Virus record (IMG/VR): IMGVR_UViG_3300024252_000008
Source of the DNA: an uncultured virus (IMG/VR IMGVR_UViG_3300024252_000008)
Taxonomy: Duplodnaviria > Heunggongvirae > Uroviricota > Caudoviricetes > Schitoviridae
Length of the DNA stretch: 64,000 nt
Direction: 5' to 3' (one strand)
Shown here: piece after piece, positions 28,004 through 37,890 of the stretch
Layout: the number at the start of each line of letters is the position of its first letter
Position numbering within the stretch: the first letter of the stretch is position 1
Notes under the pieces: generated by a model
The model's database searches: none
Told to the model about the DNA's origin: nothing
The model's input: the letters and a program-made list of their open reading frames with translations, nothing else
Position numbers and translations under genes: made by a program

Positions 28004-29158
28004 TTAAAATATATCGTAGTGCACTACTTCTCCAAAGTCACTCTTCCATCTGGGATCATCATGAATTAACCAGATAGTTGGGCAGGACGGATAATGTTTT
28101 TTGTTAGGCATATGAAACTCACCATCAGTAAATACTAACAATACATCAGGTTTATTCTTTTTAGCCCATTTAAGCATATCCAGTACATCAGTCCCACCAC
28201 CACCAGTAAACTTGAGATCGCGGAAGCAATCAGTACCCTCAGTAATTTCCTGGATACTTCGTATTTTAGTATCAAAGTCAATTAAGGTAATTAACTCTGG
28301 TTTCATTAATTCTTGAATAGTAGCAATTTCAACAATAAAGAAACTAAACTCATCTGGCATAACTGAACCACTACTATCAACTGCTACGGCAATATTACAA
28401 ATAGCCTCACTGAAAGCAGTAGGTAAATAATAATCTGGCATGAACCGTTTATTAGGTCTCCACCAGGAGAAATCATCTTTCAGAATACTTTGCATATGGT
28501 TCTGTAAAATAACATTCCAGGGTAATTTTGGATTAATAACACTTTGTAATTGAATATTTATTTCACCAGCTATGGTTCCTGGATCTTCATTTGCAGCTCG
28601 GGATTGTACTGCTGCTCTTAAGACTGTATCAGCAATAGCTTTCTCAGTAGCCTCAAGTGTTTTAGAGTCTTCTGGGTAAGATATGTCTTGTCCTCCAGGT
28701 ATACCAGAACCATTGGCTCCAAACATACCACCAGGATTCTGCTCCGCCTCTTCAAATAATTTATCATATACCAGTTCAGTATTCATGTTTTGATATTGCC
28801 TGTCACATAAACCACCTTTAGGTATTGTATAACCAGCACCTGTCAATTCAAGGTTAATAACCTGGTCACCGGCTCCATTCCATATTCCAGGGTCTCTAGG
28901 GCCCCTACGAGTCATATGACTGAAAGCAACATGATTTACTTCATGAGCCAGCAATCCTACTCTTTCTTTCTCATCTAAACTTAAAAACCATTTAGGGTTG
29001 ATATACAAGAAGGTACCATTGGTTTGAGCGGTCTCAATATCATCTTTCCATTCCTGGACTAATGAGAATAAAATAGTAGTAATAAATACAGTATTTGGCA
29101 TCATCATTAATTGGATCTTAGCTTTTTCTAAGGCTAGGTCTTCTGGTTTCTTACTCAT
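28004..29158 (-). CDS. N4 gp25-like metallopeptidase plus vWA domain protein
   Basis: TAQTNG, HEVNH, VAVDSSGS (MIDAS), GGGGTD, FTDG; probable start MSKKP. Confidence 0.85.
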   Translation of the reverse strand: MSKKPEDLALEKAKIQLMMMPNTVFITTILFSLVQEWKDDIETAQTNGTFLYINPKWFLSLDEKERVGLLAHEVNHVAFSHMTRRGPRDPGIWNGAGDQVINLELTGAGYTIPKGGLCDRQYQNMNTELVYDKLFEEAEQNPGGMFGANGSGIPGGQDISYPEDSKTLEATEKAIADTVLRAAVQSRAANEDPGTIAGEINIQLQSVINPKLPWNVILQNHMQSILKDDFSWWRPNKRFMPDYYLPTAFSEAICNIAVAVDSSGSVMPDEFSFFIVEIATIQELMKPELITLIDFDTKIRSIQEITEGTDCFRDLKFTGGGGTDVLDMLKWAKKNKPDVLLVFTDGEFHMPNKKHYPSCPTIWLIHDDPRWKSDFGEVVHYDIF

Positions 29159-29162
29159 TGGA

Positions 29163-31080
29163 TCACTCCTTAAACAATTGTTGACCTTTAACTGAGATCC
29201 ACCTCTTAACACAATCTTCTTTGATCATTTCTGGATCTCTACGCATAATATTCTGAAGGGTAATTGTTTGAAACTCAAGTGGTAAGCGTTCAATGTATGT
29301 CATTAAAGTAGAAATATTATTTGTTTTAGTGTAAGCAGCAATCATATGGGATACACCAAATCTAAAAGAGGGATCATTGTCCAAACGAGCTAATCCTGGT
29401 CTGGCCATTATTTCTTGGAAATCAGGCATATTGGTGTAGATTTTAGTAAACATTACAAATGATCGAGCAATGGCTTCACTAACAGTACCAGCAATCAAAG
29501 GTAAATATGTATGCAATTGTTTAGTTTCAATGCTACCAATAATCTTTGAAAGGAAATCCCAGGTACGAGGACAAGCAAATGTATGGTCATTATGCTCTGG
29601 GTTAAAATTATAAAGATCATCTGGCTTACTGTTGATATAAGCAATGATACGATGATCAATACCTTCTTTAGCTGCCCACTCCTGCCATAGTTCCGGATCT
29701 GTTACCAGTTCAAGATGAACCAGTCTGGACTGCATTGCAGTGCTTTGTCGGTTCACAATGGCCTTATCCGTAGCAAGGTTACCAGCAGCCACCATCTTGG
29801 TCATTGGATGTAAGTGATGCTGTCCTACCTTCTCATCCAGTATCAGCTTGTAACTCGCTGCCTGCACTGCTAATGAGGATGCATTGATCTCATCCAGGAA
29901 TAAAAGAAAACCTACTTTGCCTTCAGGTATTGGAGTATTTTCTAATGGAAATATATCCATGGGCACATAGGAAGCTTTCTTCCGATCTTCACTAATGAAA
30001 GGAAAGCCCAAACTTAATATTCGATAAAGTTCGTTAATCTTTACCCGTTCTCTTCTGAACTGCTGCATGTTACCATGCAGAATAGACCATATCAACATCC
30101 TACTATTATAAGCAGGACGACTACCGTTTCCACTCACTTGAGTGTACTCCCTTGCGGGATGGTCGTTACGCAATTTAACTAATAACATTTTTTGGACGGT
30201 CTAAATTATAAGTATCTATAATCCAGTTAACATGTAAAGCTGCCTCTATTTCGCTATTAAAACGTTTATTTTTAATAACTTTTCCTTTGTGTTTAACACC
30301 ACCAATCCATTTTTTTCTGGAGTTATCCCAAGATACATTTTTGTATTTGGATCTGGTGTTAAATTTAGTTCCAATCATTCGCTTTACACATTTTTCTCTA
30401 TCCTGTAGCCCAGTTGTAAAAGCATGTTTAACATTTTCTGAATTAGTAGCCCACTCAATATTTGTTTCAATATTATTTATTTTAATACCATCTTTATGAT
30501 TAACCATTGGTTTATTATAAGGATTTGGTTTAAATGCTTGTGCTACTAATCGATGAACTGCTTTTGTTGTTGGTTTATCTTTTCGCCATAATTGTACATA
30601 TAAATATTGACAAGTTTTTGATCTTATGAAACCTGTTATTATTTTAATACGATAATTATGATGATTATCTTGAATAGAGCGTATTCTTCCTAAATTAGAT
30701 ACCTCATATCTTTTTTCAAAATTTTTAATCGGTACCCAAATTTCTGTAATGTTATTAGTATTTAGCACGGTATTGACCTCGCTTTAAAATTAATAGTTAC
30801 CCCACTGTATGTTAAGGGTTTCCATTAGTCAAGGTGTTTCACCGTTTAGATAGTTTTCGACATAAGATTGCTCTTATGAAGCCCTTTGTAACTTAAGGTC
30901 TGTTGGATCACACTGACTTAATCTTACATCAATTAGTTCAAGATTATATTGATCAGCAATTTGTTGTACAATAGCGCTTTTACCAATACCTGGGGAACCA
31001 GATATCATGGTAACAAGATTTGCTTTCATGGCAGCAATTATAAATTTAACCGCCTCTTTACTGTTTATCTTCATACCCAT
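29163..31080 (-). CDS. N4 gp24-like MoxR/AAA ATPase, spliced: exon1 31080-30896, exon2 30012-29163 (344 aa)
   Basis: GSPGIGKS...DVRLSQCDPTD-L|LGFP...LFLDEIN...AAGN...CPRTW. Confidence 0.85.
30013..30895 (-). mobile_element. Group I intron in AAA ATPase
   Basis: AAACGGUGAAAC/AAUACCGUG pairing, GCGUAACGACCAU, GAUAUGGUCU; omega-G; in-frame exon join DLLGFP. Confidence 0.85.
30175..30768 (-). CDS. Intron-encoded NUMOD4-HNH-AP2 homing endonuclease
   Basis: W.PI..FE.RYEVSNLGRIRS, VHRLVA, VNHKDG.K.NN, SKYKNVSW. Confidence 0.9.
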   Translation of the reverse strand: MLNTNNITEIWVPIKNFEKRYEVSNLGRIRSIQDNHHNYRIKIITGFIRSKTCQYLYVQLWRKDKPTTKAVHRLVAQAFKPNPYNKPMVNHKDGIKINNIETNIEWATNSENVKHAFTTGLQDREKCVKRMIGTKFNTRSKYKNVSWDNSRKKWIGGVKHKGKVIKNKRFNSEIEAALHVNWIIDTYNLDRPKNVIS

Positions 31081-31095
31081 GGCTCATTACTCCTG

Positions 31096-31305
31096 TTAAT
31101 AATTATAGATTAATTCTGGTTCTTCTCCGGTGTTCTTTATTAATTCCAAACTTTCTCCACAATCAGAACAAGGAAAAATATCTCCATCTTTATTATTAAA
31201 TACATCAATACTGGCACCACATTCTGGACAACTGGCTTGTCTACCTGGCATGATTAATCCTCCTGTGCTTCTTTTGGGTATAATTCTTTTAACTCTTCCA
31301 TCCAT
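31096..31305 (-). CDS. Small Zn-ribbon protein
   Basis: CPECG...GD...C.DCG..LE. Confidence 0.5.
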   Translation of the reverse strand: MDGRVKRIIPKRSTGGLIMPGRQASCPECGASIDVFNNKDGDIFPCSDCGESLELIKNTGEEPELIYNY

Positions 31306-31599
31306 TCATTTGGAATTACTTTTCTTACAGCAGCATAACGATTTATTGCTAATATAATTTCCCAGATTCTTTTTTCATTGTGGATATGTCTTGGAATTAA
31401 ACCTATTAGTGATTTTTTTGACATGTTTGGATCTCCTATTAAAGTCTAAAAGTGTTATTTTATGGATTTTACTTAAAATATAGTTTTAACTAAAATATAG
31501 CAGTTACGTTATAGTCTGTATATAGTCAAAAATGCTAAATTCAGAACTATTAGTATATCGGAAAGAAGTATTTCTTCACTCTCAAAAAAAATAAGAAAT

Positions 31600-31638
31600 A
31601 ATCCTACAGAACTCACCGGAGGTGAGCCCTATAGGATA
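31600..31638 (-). terminator. Probable intrinsic terminator after RNAP2 (contains a CACC-GGA-GGTG core)
   Basis: Long stem followed by a T-rich tract on the minus strand. Confidence 0.5.
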
Positions 31639-31650
31639 TACTTCAATTAA

Positions 31651-32865
31651 CTAAGATAGGAAGTATTCAGAACTTCTAATTTCAACAGACAAGTCATCAG
31701 ATAATTTAGTAATATTTGTTGGTTTACCAGTAATCATTGTAAGAATAGCATTAATTATATTGCTATTAGCCATCTCTACAAATATGTCATTATAAGTCTG
31801 TCTAACTATATTCATATTATTAGCATGGCATTTAAAATCATCATGAACGAATACTATTGGAAATGCGGGTTTAGCTAATGTCTGCTTAACTAATTTCAAT
31901 AAATTGTAAGCATATTCATAACTATAACTATTCACTCTTTCTTGGGTCAAGTCATGTGCACCAGCCAAAGATATAAACTGATGCTGATCAGCTAATCGTT
32001 CTATCTTACTGGTAGCACCTACAGCAGGTATGCCTTGGAATAACCGGTAATGTAGCATACGTTCAGCTCTTTTCAATGCTGTACGATCATAGTTACATCG
32101 GTAATTCATCTCTCTTACTACAAAGCCATCACCACTGTGGACACAATCAGCAGCTAATGAAATACCTTCTTCTAAGCCTACATTCTCAGTATGCCGATAG
32201 ATGAAGCAAGGATGGCCTTCAAGCTCATCTACCTCAATTTTATCATCAACCATATCTTTTACTTTCTTGTTAACAAAGAAACCATCTGGCATGATCCATG
32301 TATGCTGTAGTGCAAAGGGTTGCCAGGCATTTAACATGTGATGCATCAATTCACTTGCCCCGGGTGCAACTATCTTCTGTGCCTCATAAAAGGCTTCAAG
32401 CTCTGGGGTATCCTCGCCAAAGGCATTCTTAGGTTCAGCCTTTGAACCATAATAATGAGTCATTAAACTAATTTTCACTGCATCACGATTATAGTTACTG
32501 TTTTTACCAAGAATTTTATCCATTGCTTTAACAGTTTCTTTATAAATATCCATTCTGGTTTGACCAGTGAGACCAGTATTACGGGCACCTACTTTACAAC
32601 CCATCCAAGTACTCATGATCTGTGGACCGGAAGCACAGGCATCAAAACCAACCAAATAACCAGTAGGTTGCCCAGCCTGAGTCTTGCGGTAAGCCATTAG
32701 TGCAGCAGCAAATCTAAAGGGTTCCTTGGCATGTTCTACTAATGTTTCAAGTTGAGTTTCATTATCTTGTACCCACTTCAATCGACCACCAAACTGAGAT
32801 TTATCTAAACCAAAATGATTAGCCATATCAATCTGTAAGTACTCTTTACCGGTATACAATCTCAT
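31651..32865 (-). CDS. N4-like RNA polymerase II subunit 2 (gp16-like)
   Basis: YL.ID.AN.FGLDK, GFDACASGPQ, R...K...MT..YGS, HS.DG, VHDDF. Confidence 0.9.
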   Translation of the reverse strand: MRLYTGKEYLQIDMANHFGLDKSQFGGRLKWVQDNETQLETLVEHAKEPFRFAAALMAYRKTQAGQPTGYLVGFDACASGPQIMSTWMGCKVGARNTGLTGQTRMDIYKETVKAMDKILGKNSNYNRDAVKISLMTHYYGSKAEPKNAFGEDTPELEAFYEAQKIVAPGASELMHHMLNAWQPFALQHTWIMPDGFFVNKKVKDMVDDKIEVDELEGHPCFIYRHTENVGLEEGISLAADCVHSGDGFVVREMNYRCNYDRTALKRAERMLHYRLFQGIPAVGATSKIERLADQHQFISLAGAHDLTQERVNSYSYEYAYNLLKLVKQTLAKPAFPIVFVHDDFKCHANNMNIVRQTYNDIFVEMANSNIINAILTMITGKPTNITKLSDDLSVEIRSSEYFLS

Positions 32866-32881
32866 AGTTTAAATTCCTTTT

Positions 32882-33121
32882 CTAGTATGTACCAATTAAT
32901 TTGCCAGATCGTTTAAAACAGAAATTAATGCCTGCTTCAACATGTTTGTCTTTTCCATAAATAGTAATAATTACAGTATTATTTTCTGGTTCATTGACTG
33001 TAAAATCAATATCCAGTCTATTAAATAATTGTATTAATAATACATAATCAAGCGGAGGCCGGGGTTTGGGTGCAAAGACTTTAAATACTAATTTATTAAA
33101 TAAATAAACAAAATATCTCAT
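32882..33121 (-). CDS. Hypothetical protein
   Basis: Between RNAP subunits. Confidence 0.45.
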   Translation of the reverse strand: MRYFVYLFNKLVFKVFAPKPRPPLDYVLLIQLFNRLDIDFTVNEPENNTVIITIYGKDKHVEAGINFCFKRSGKLIGTY

Positions 33122-33399
33122 AAGCCTTTTCCTTTCAATAGTAATTCAGTTATTTGTTCATTAACAGTTTTAAGAGACATGATAATTTTATAAGTCGGGG
33201 TATACACAAAACCTACTCTACCATAACCTAAGCCTTTTTTGTCTATTCCTATTTGTTGACGTTTACCTTCTTCAAAGGCATTAGTGCATAACTCCATCAA
33301 TTGTCTACGAGCCTCTTCAAATTGCCGCTCGTTAAAGGTTTTCTTTTTAAGTTTATCGGCATCTTTAATCATTTGATCCATACTTGGAAATGAAACCAT
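33118..33399 (-). CDS. Hypothetical protein
   Basis: Between RNAP subunits. Confidence 0.45.
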   Translation of the reverse strand: MVSFPSMDQMIKDADKLKKKTFNERQFEEARRQLMELCTNAFEEGKRQQIGIDKKGLGYGRVGFVYTPTYKIIMSLKTVNEQITELLLKGKGL

Positions 33400-33422
33400 A
33401 ATTTATCCTTTCACTAATTTAA

Positions 33423-33611
33423 TTAATATGTATTTCGCATAAACCAAGTAAGAGCGTGTTCAGCATCTTTCCAACGCTTTTTACTATTAAGCATTTGCAT
33501 TCGATGTAGCGGATTTCTTTCATACTTATTTACATTTAGTTTATGTAGTGTAAACCTCTTTTTAATTTCTATCTCTAATAATTTTTCAATGATTTCGTAG
33601 GGTAGTTCCAT
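33423..33611 (-). CDS. Hypothetical protein
   Basis: Between RNAP subunits. Confidence 0.4.
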   Translation of the reverse strand: MELPYEIIEKLLEIEIKKRFTLHKLNVNKYERNPLHRMQMLNSKKRWKDAEHALTWFMRNTY

Positions 33612-33615
33612 AATA

Positions 33616-34440
33616 TTAGCCCTCCACTAATTCCTCATTAGCCAATTCAATAATGGCTTTCTTATAAGAATTACCCTGAGTAGTAACATGGTAACCACAA
33701 GCATAAGTTCTACCACGGGTATCATATTTATGACCCAAATAGAAATAATTATTGTGGTTCAGAATCTCTTGATACTTACCAAAGGATTCATTCATAAATT
33801 GATACCATTGTTGTTCAGCTTTTACACTATTAGGGGCATTCCTAGGCGCCTCGGTATACATATTTACAAAAGCCCTATTCAGTTGCAAAGGTATTTGATT
33901 TAATTGGTTCAAGTGCTGTAAACAGATCTCCTCATCATGATGGTTCATGTTATGCCCCAACAGCATTGAGCCCAGCTCTGGATCCCAGTTAGATTCAATA
34001 GGCTGTGGTCGATGGGTAAGAATAACATGCTTATCTGGTTTAGGGATATCAAGTATCTCATAATCAGTACTAATGAGTATACTGGTACCCTGCCCGGGAC
34101 TAACAATGTCTATCAAACCAGTCTGACTGATCAGAGCAATTACATCAGCTATTATTTTAAATCTATCAAGACTATCTTTTACTTTAATCAAATGGTTTAA
34201 CTTACCAACCATAGCCTGATAAGTAATAGTCTCTTCCATTAAAGTAACAGTAAATACTGATATAATTATCTCTAATGAGTCAGCATTATGAGGAGCCCAT
34301 TGTTTAAGTCTTATATTTTTAGATTTATAGTGGTCTTTACGCCAGTATTGTCTAATCAGTTCAATAGCTTCAGGGATCTCTTTGAGCCCACCTTCAGCAA
34401 TAATATAATCAAGTACAAATTGTTCACTTTGGTTTAACAT
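33616..34440 (-). CDS. N4-like RNA polymerase II subunit 1 (gp15-like)
   Basis: Y.SK..R, NHHD..ICL..LN..N, FYL.HKYDTRGRTYA.GYH...QG. Confidence 0.9.
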   Translation of the reverse strand: MLNQSEQFVLDYIIAEGGLKEIPEAIELIRQYWRKDHYKSKNIRLKQWAPHNADSLEIIISVFTVTLMEETITYQAMVGKLNHLIKVKDSLDRFKIIADVIALISQTGLIDIVSPGQGTSILISTDYEILDIPKPDKHVILTHRPQPIESNWDPELGSMLLGHNMNHHDEEICLQHLNQLNQIPLQLNRAFVNMYTEAPRNAPNSVKAEQQWYQFMNESFGKYQEILNHNNYFYLGHKYDTRGRTYACGYHVTTQGNSYKKAIIELANEELVEG

Positions 34441-34635
34441 GCTTGTCTCCTTTTAAATTTTTAAAATTAATACCCTAATACCAATGATCTCAAATTCCAT
34501 ATGTATATAATATATGTCTGAAAATATTAGAGTATTAATTTTTAATGGGCTACCCAATTAAGGATAACCCATTATGCGGCTCGATGTCTCAATCCCGTTT
34601 TTTATGTAACCTGGGATGACTGTGAGCCAGTTGAT

Positions 34636-34899
34636 TTAGAACAAGTCTTCGGGTTTGACAATAGCTTCAACAGGGGCATTCAAGCAGATACGGACTTTCA
34701 TATCCAACTCAAGAATACCATTCTCGGTCTGACCAGCTGCCGCAACCAACAGATCTTCTTTGGCATTAGGATATTCAGGGTTCTGAAAGATAGGAAAACC
34801 TCTATCAGATTTAACAACAATACCAGTTTTAGTAGTTACTTCCCAATTAACAAATGCTGCAGCACGTTGTTTGTCTTTCTTTTTACTTTTCTTTTCCAT
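34636..34899 (-). CDS. Probable gp2/Drc-like ssDNA-binding RNAPII cofactor
   Basis: RAAAFVNW...G.PI motif; early location upstream of RNAP1. Confidence 0.5.
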   Translation of the reverse strand: MEKKSKKKDKQRAAAFVNWEVTTKTGIVVKSDRGFPIFQNPEYPNAKEDLLVAAAGQTENGILELDMKVRICLNAPVEAIVKPEDLF

Positions 34900-34946
34900 G
34901 GTACATACTCCTTGATTAATGGTTGATTATTTGAGAGCGAATACTC

Positions 34947-34967
34947 CCCTTTTTATGGCCGGAGGCC
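34947..34967 (-). promoter_or_regulatory. vRNAP hairpin promoter
   Basis: Template strand CC-CTTTTTAT-GGCC-GGA-GGCC. Confidence 0.75.
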
Positions 34968-35309
34968 TTTTAGCTTTTAAAGTTAAAGAGTGCTACTGAA
35001 GTAGCTAACAGCATAACACCCAATACATTAACTTCCCAATAGTTTGATTCATTACAAGCCAGAACCAAACCAACAATACCTACAAGTACCAAGAATCTAT
35101 CAAACATAAGAACCTCTTAATTTAAGTGGTTAAATACAATACCTCTGCTCTTAAGGAACTTACTGGCTTGGCGTTTGGTGTACAGCTGTGCATAGTCAAC
35201 ATAGTTACCTTTACCAGCAACTTTCATACAGGCAGTTTTAAACAGTTCAGTTTTCATAAAACCAGCAGCAGTACGATAACCATCAACTCTTTTGGTAAAT
35301 CCGATAATC

Positions 35310-35483
35310 TTACACATGGTTGCCTCTCCTGTTATATTCTTGTTGGTGCCAATGTTTGTAGCATAAAGTGAACTTTGTCCCTGCAGGATCCTTATCAACT
35401 AATCTTTGTTTGATAAGCTTGATACACATCGGGTGAGCACACCGTCTGGTAGACATAATGTTAAATGCAAATTTCTTAGCCAT
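35310..35483 (-). CDS. Small Zn-finger early protein
   Basis: AAGGAG RBS before MAKKF; CAHPMC...LCYKH. Confidence 0.5.
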   Translation of the reverse strand: MAKKFAFNIMSTRRCAHPMCIKLIKQRLVDKDPAGTKFTLCYKHWHQQEYNRRGNHV

Positions 35484-35529
35484 GGTAATCTCCTTTAGTT
35501 TAATGTAAACAGGAGCACGTAATGTACTC

Positions 35530-35550
35530 CCGTTCATATGGCCGGAGGCC
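35530..35550 (-). promoter_or_regulatory. vRNAP hairpin promoter
   Basis: CC-GTTCATAT-GGCC-GGA-GGCC. Confidence 0.8.
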
Positions 35551-35557
35551 TGTTTGG

Positions 35558-35800
35558 TTAAATGTATACTCCTTCACAAACCAGTAAAAACTTATCAAGC
35601 TGTTCCACAGTAAATACAGTATCTGGGCTGTTCTCAATAATATGACAGAGTATGTTCCACATTTTAGCATCTCTGTGCAAATGACTTTTAGCTTTTACAT
35701 TGTCTTGGTTTGTCCAGATGTAATCAATAGCCTCATAAATATTGTATACTCGGACTCTTCGCATACCACCCGAATCAGTTGGTTCCCACTTAAAAGTCAT
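35558..35800 (-). CDS. Hypothetical early protein
   Basis: Coupled to def. Confidence 0.45.
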   Translation of the reverse strand: MTFKWEPTDSGGMRRVRVYNIYEAIDYIWTNQDNVKAKSHLHRDAKMWNILCHIIENSPDTVFTVEQLDKFLLVCEGVYI

Positions 35801-36249
35801 CTGAGTACACCATTAAGATGATCAACCTCATGTTGACCAATACGAGCAGCAAGACCAGTATATTTATGAGTCTGTAATACTGGTTCCTTGGTATACGGAT
35901 GATAGATAACTTTGATACGTTTATATCGTTTAACTCTGAATACCTGTCCCGGGAAGCTTAAGCAGTTCTCTTTCTTGGTAATCCGACCATGGATCAGACT
36001 GGGTACAATAACCGGGTTAATCATAATAACAAACCCTTGGGTTATCCTAACCAGTATAACTCTCTTCTGGTAGCCTATCTGATTAGCTGCAAGACCTAAG
36101 CATCTCTTCTGGTTAGCTTTGTAAGTATCAGTGAGATACATAACTATCTCATCAAGCAAAGCATTATTCTGCAGCTTACCAATTGGTCGACAAGGTATCT
36201 TTAATTTCATTGGATCAGTTATGATTTCTTTGATTAATTCTTTCATCAT
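35797..36249 (-). CDS. def: Peptide deformylase
   Basis: GLAANQIG, ENCLS (EGCLS variant), QHEVDHLNG. Confidence 0.85.
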   Translation of the reverse strand: MMKELIKEIITDPMKLKIPCRPIGKLQNNALLDEIVMYLTDTYKANQKRCLGLAANQIGYQKRVILVRITQGFVIMINPVIVPSLIHGRITKKENCLSFPGQVFRVKRYKRIKVIYHPYTKEPVLQTHKYTGLAARIGQHEVDHLNGVLR

Positions 36250-36686
36250 ATCTCTATTTCCTGTTTAAGGTTTGCATTTATAGCCATATTCTCTGGGTTA
36301 AAACTATCAATATACGTTGGGTAATAGTCATCAGTATTTTCAGTACCAATTTCTAATACTATTTTATTAGTTATTACATCGATAAATTGGATAATATCAC
36401 AATCCCTGTTATAATGGTAATCACCCTTTGTTTTTACTGATACATACACTGCTTTGACCCAAGCTGGCTCAAAAGTATTTTTTACTTGATGATCAGCAAT
36501 AACTTTAACCTCTTCTAGGGCACTACGATAACCATCATTTTCATCTTCAGTTATCTGATAAGTGATATTATTTAATACAAATCGGCAACACCCAATATCT
36601 GAAGAATAACTATTACGTGAAGGTTTGATTGTAGAGAATTCTACACCGGTTAATAAGTACCAACCTTTAAAATCTTGTAATTCCAT
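36246..36686 (-). CDS. Conserved hypothetical phage protein
   Basis: EDENDGYRS...IGTENTDDYYP motifs. Confidence 0.55.
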   Translation of the reverse strand: MELQDFKGWYLLTGVEFSTIKPSRNSYSSDIGCCRFVLNNITYQITEDENDGYRSALEEVKVIADHQVKNTFEPAWVKAVYVSVKTKGDYHYNRDCDIIQFIDVITNKIVLEIGTENTDDYYPTYIDSFNPENMAINANLKQEIEI

Positions 36687-36738
36687 ATCTATTTCCTTTT
36701 TAAAGAGGTATAAAGGGCCATTTAAGACCCTTAAGTGA

Positions 36739-37071
36739 TTAACTGGTACTATGGCATTCGTTTAGTACCCAGCGCTTAATAGAGGCACCGTGGCAACGTT
36801 TCGGGGCACACCAGCAGAACAATCTGAGTTGCTTATGTTCTTTATACAGCTCAACCAGCCTTTCCAATTCCTTGATAAATGATCTATTCTCCATGAGATG
36901 ACCCGCTGCTGCTCTACTCTTCAGATAGTCTTCATACTGAGCACATACCAGATCTCTCTGTTTTTCATTGAGCATATGGTAAGGATTACCAAGAACAGAT
37001 GTACGGTCAATTTTTACATCATACTCTTCAGTCGGTTGATCAGTACGAAGGTTCATAATTTCAATAGTCAT
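36739..37071 (-). CDS. DUF4326 family protein
   Basis: R.S.LGNPY...L.CWCAP..CHG. Confidence 0.75.
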   Translation of the reverse strand: MTIEIMNLRTDQPTEEYDVKIDRTSVLGNPYHMLNEKQRDLVCAQYEDYLKSRAAAGHLMENRSFIKELERLVELYKEHKQLRLFCWCAPKRCHGASIKRWVLNECHSTS

Positions 37072-37259
37072 TTGATCTCCTCTATTTTAATTTTAGATAT
37101 ATAATCAAAGCAGTCTTCATCTACTTTCTCAACAGATGATCTAACTTCATCAGTATCATGAAAGAGCATCTTTTGGGCACTAATCTTATTATCAGCAATT
37201 ATTTCAGTATGATAACTGACTTGTCTGATTTCTGTCCAATGTATTTTATACTTTGGCAT
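37068..37259 (-). CDS. Hypothetical early protein
   Basis: GGAG RBS. Confidence 0.45.
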   Translation of the reverse strand: MPKYKIHWTEIRQVSYHTEIIADNKISAQKMLFHDTDEVRSSVEKVDEDCFDYISKIKIEEIK

Positions 37260-37264
37260 TTGGT

Positions 37265-37540
37265 TCAGTCTCCTTTTGTTTTATTTAATCGGTAAGTATT
37301 CTCTCTGATTAACTTATTAAGTACGCGGATAAGATGCAAGGGTTTATACTGAGACCCACAAGGACATGTATAGTCAGGTAATTCTGGAAAGAGTTTACAG
37401 CAAATACTTTCACATTTTGTATTAATGGGGCATAAAGAAGATTTACCATCTATTTTTATTTGTGCAAGTACTGTTTCACAGTTTTTTAACTCTTGTTGAG
37501 TAAGAACCGGTGAAGGCCTGTCCCAAAATGACTGAACCAT
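37265..37540 (-). CDS. Hypothetical Cys-rich early protein
   Basis: AAGGAG RBS. Confidence 0.45.
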   Translation of the reverse strand: MVQSFWDRPSPVLTQQELKNCETVLAQIKIDGKSSLCPINTKCESICCKLFPELPDYTCPCGSQYKPLHLIRVLNKLIRENTYRLNKTKGD

Positions 37541-37626
37541 AATAATTACTCCTTTATTTATAATTAAACTATTGTTGTTTGTAATGATATTTTAATTTCT
37601 TTTGGATGAGCAGTACCTGTTGCACA

Positions 37627-37818
37627 TTATTCAAACTCCTTTAATGGTTTACGACAAAGACGATCAAGGGCATCATAGATAATAGGTTTCTTGGTTATTG
37701 CAACAAAGCTATCGATCGAAGACTGATCTAAGCTAACCCAGGTATTCTCTCCTCGGCGTTTAAATTGATAACCGGCTTTAATGGTTTCACCGAGTTCAAC
37801 GGGTTCATAGAGTTTCAT
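37627..37818 (-). CDS. Hypothetical early protein
   Basis: AAGGAG RBS right after a hairpin promoter. Confidence 0.5.
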   Translation of the reverse strand: MKLYEPVELGETIKAGYQFKRRGENTWVSLDQSSIDSFVAITKKPIIYDALDRLCRKPLKEFE

Positions 37819-37846
37819 AACTATCTCCTTTATTTAATATTAATAC

Positions 37847-37867
37847 CCAAAGATATAGCCGGAGGCC
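37847..37867 (-). promoter_or_regulatory. vRNAP hairpin promoter
   Basis: CC-AAAGATAT-AGCC-GGA-GGCC. Confidence 0.75.
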
Positions 37868-37890
37868 TGTTCGACCTCCAGCTGTTGTAG

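Noticed and set aside
29163..30188. N-terminal 58 aa of the 341-aa track ORF
   Set aside because: Read-through of intron sequence; the true exon begins at 30012
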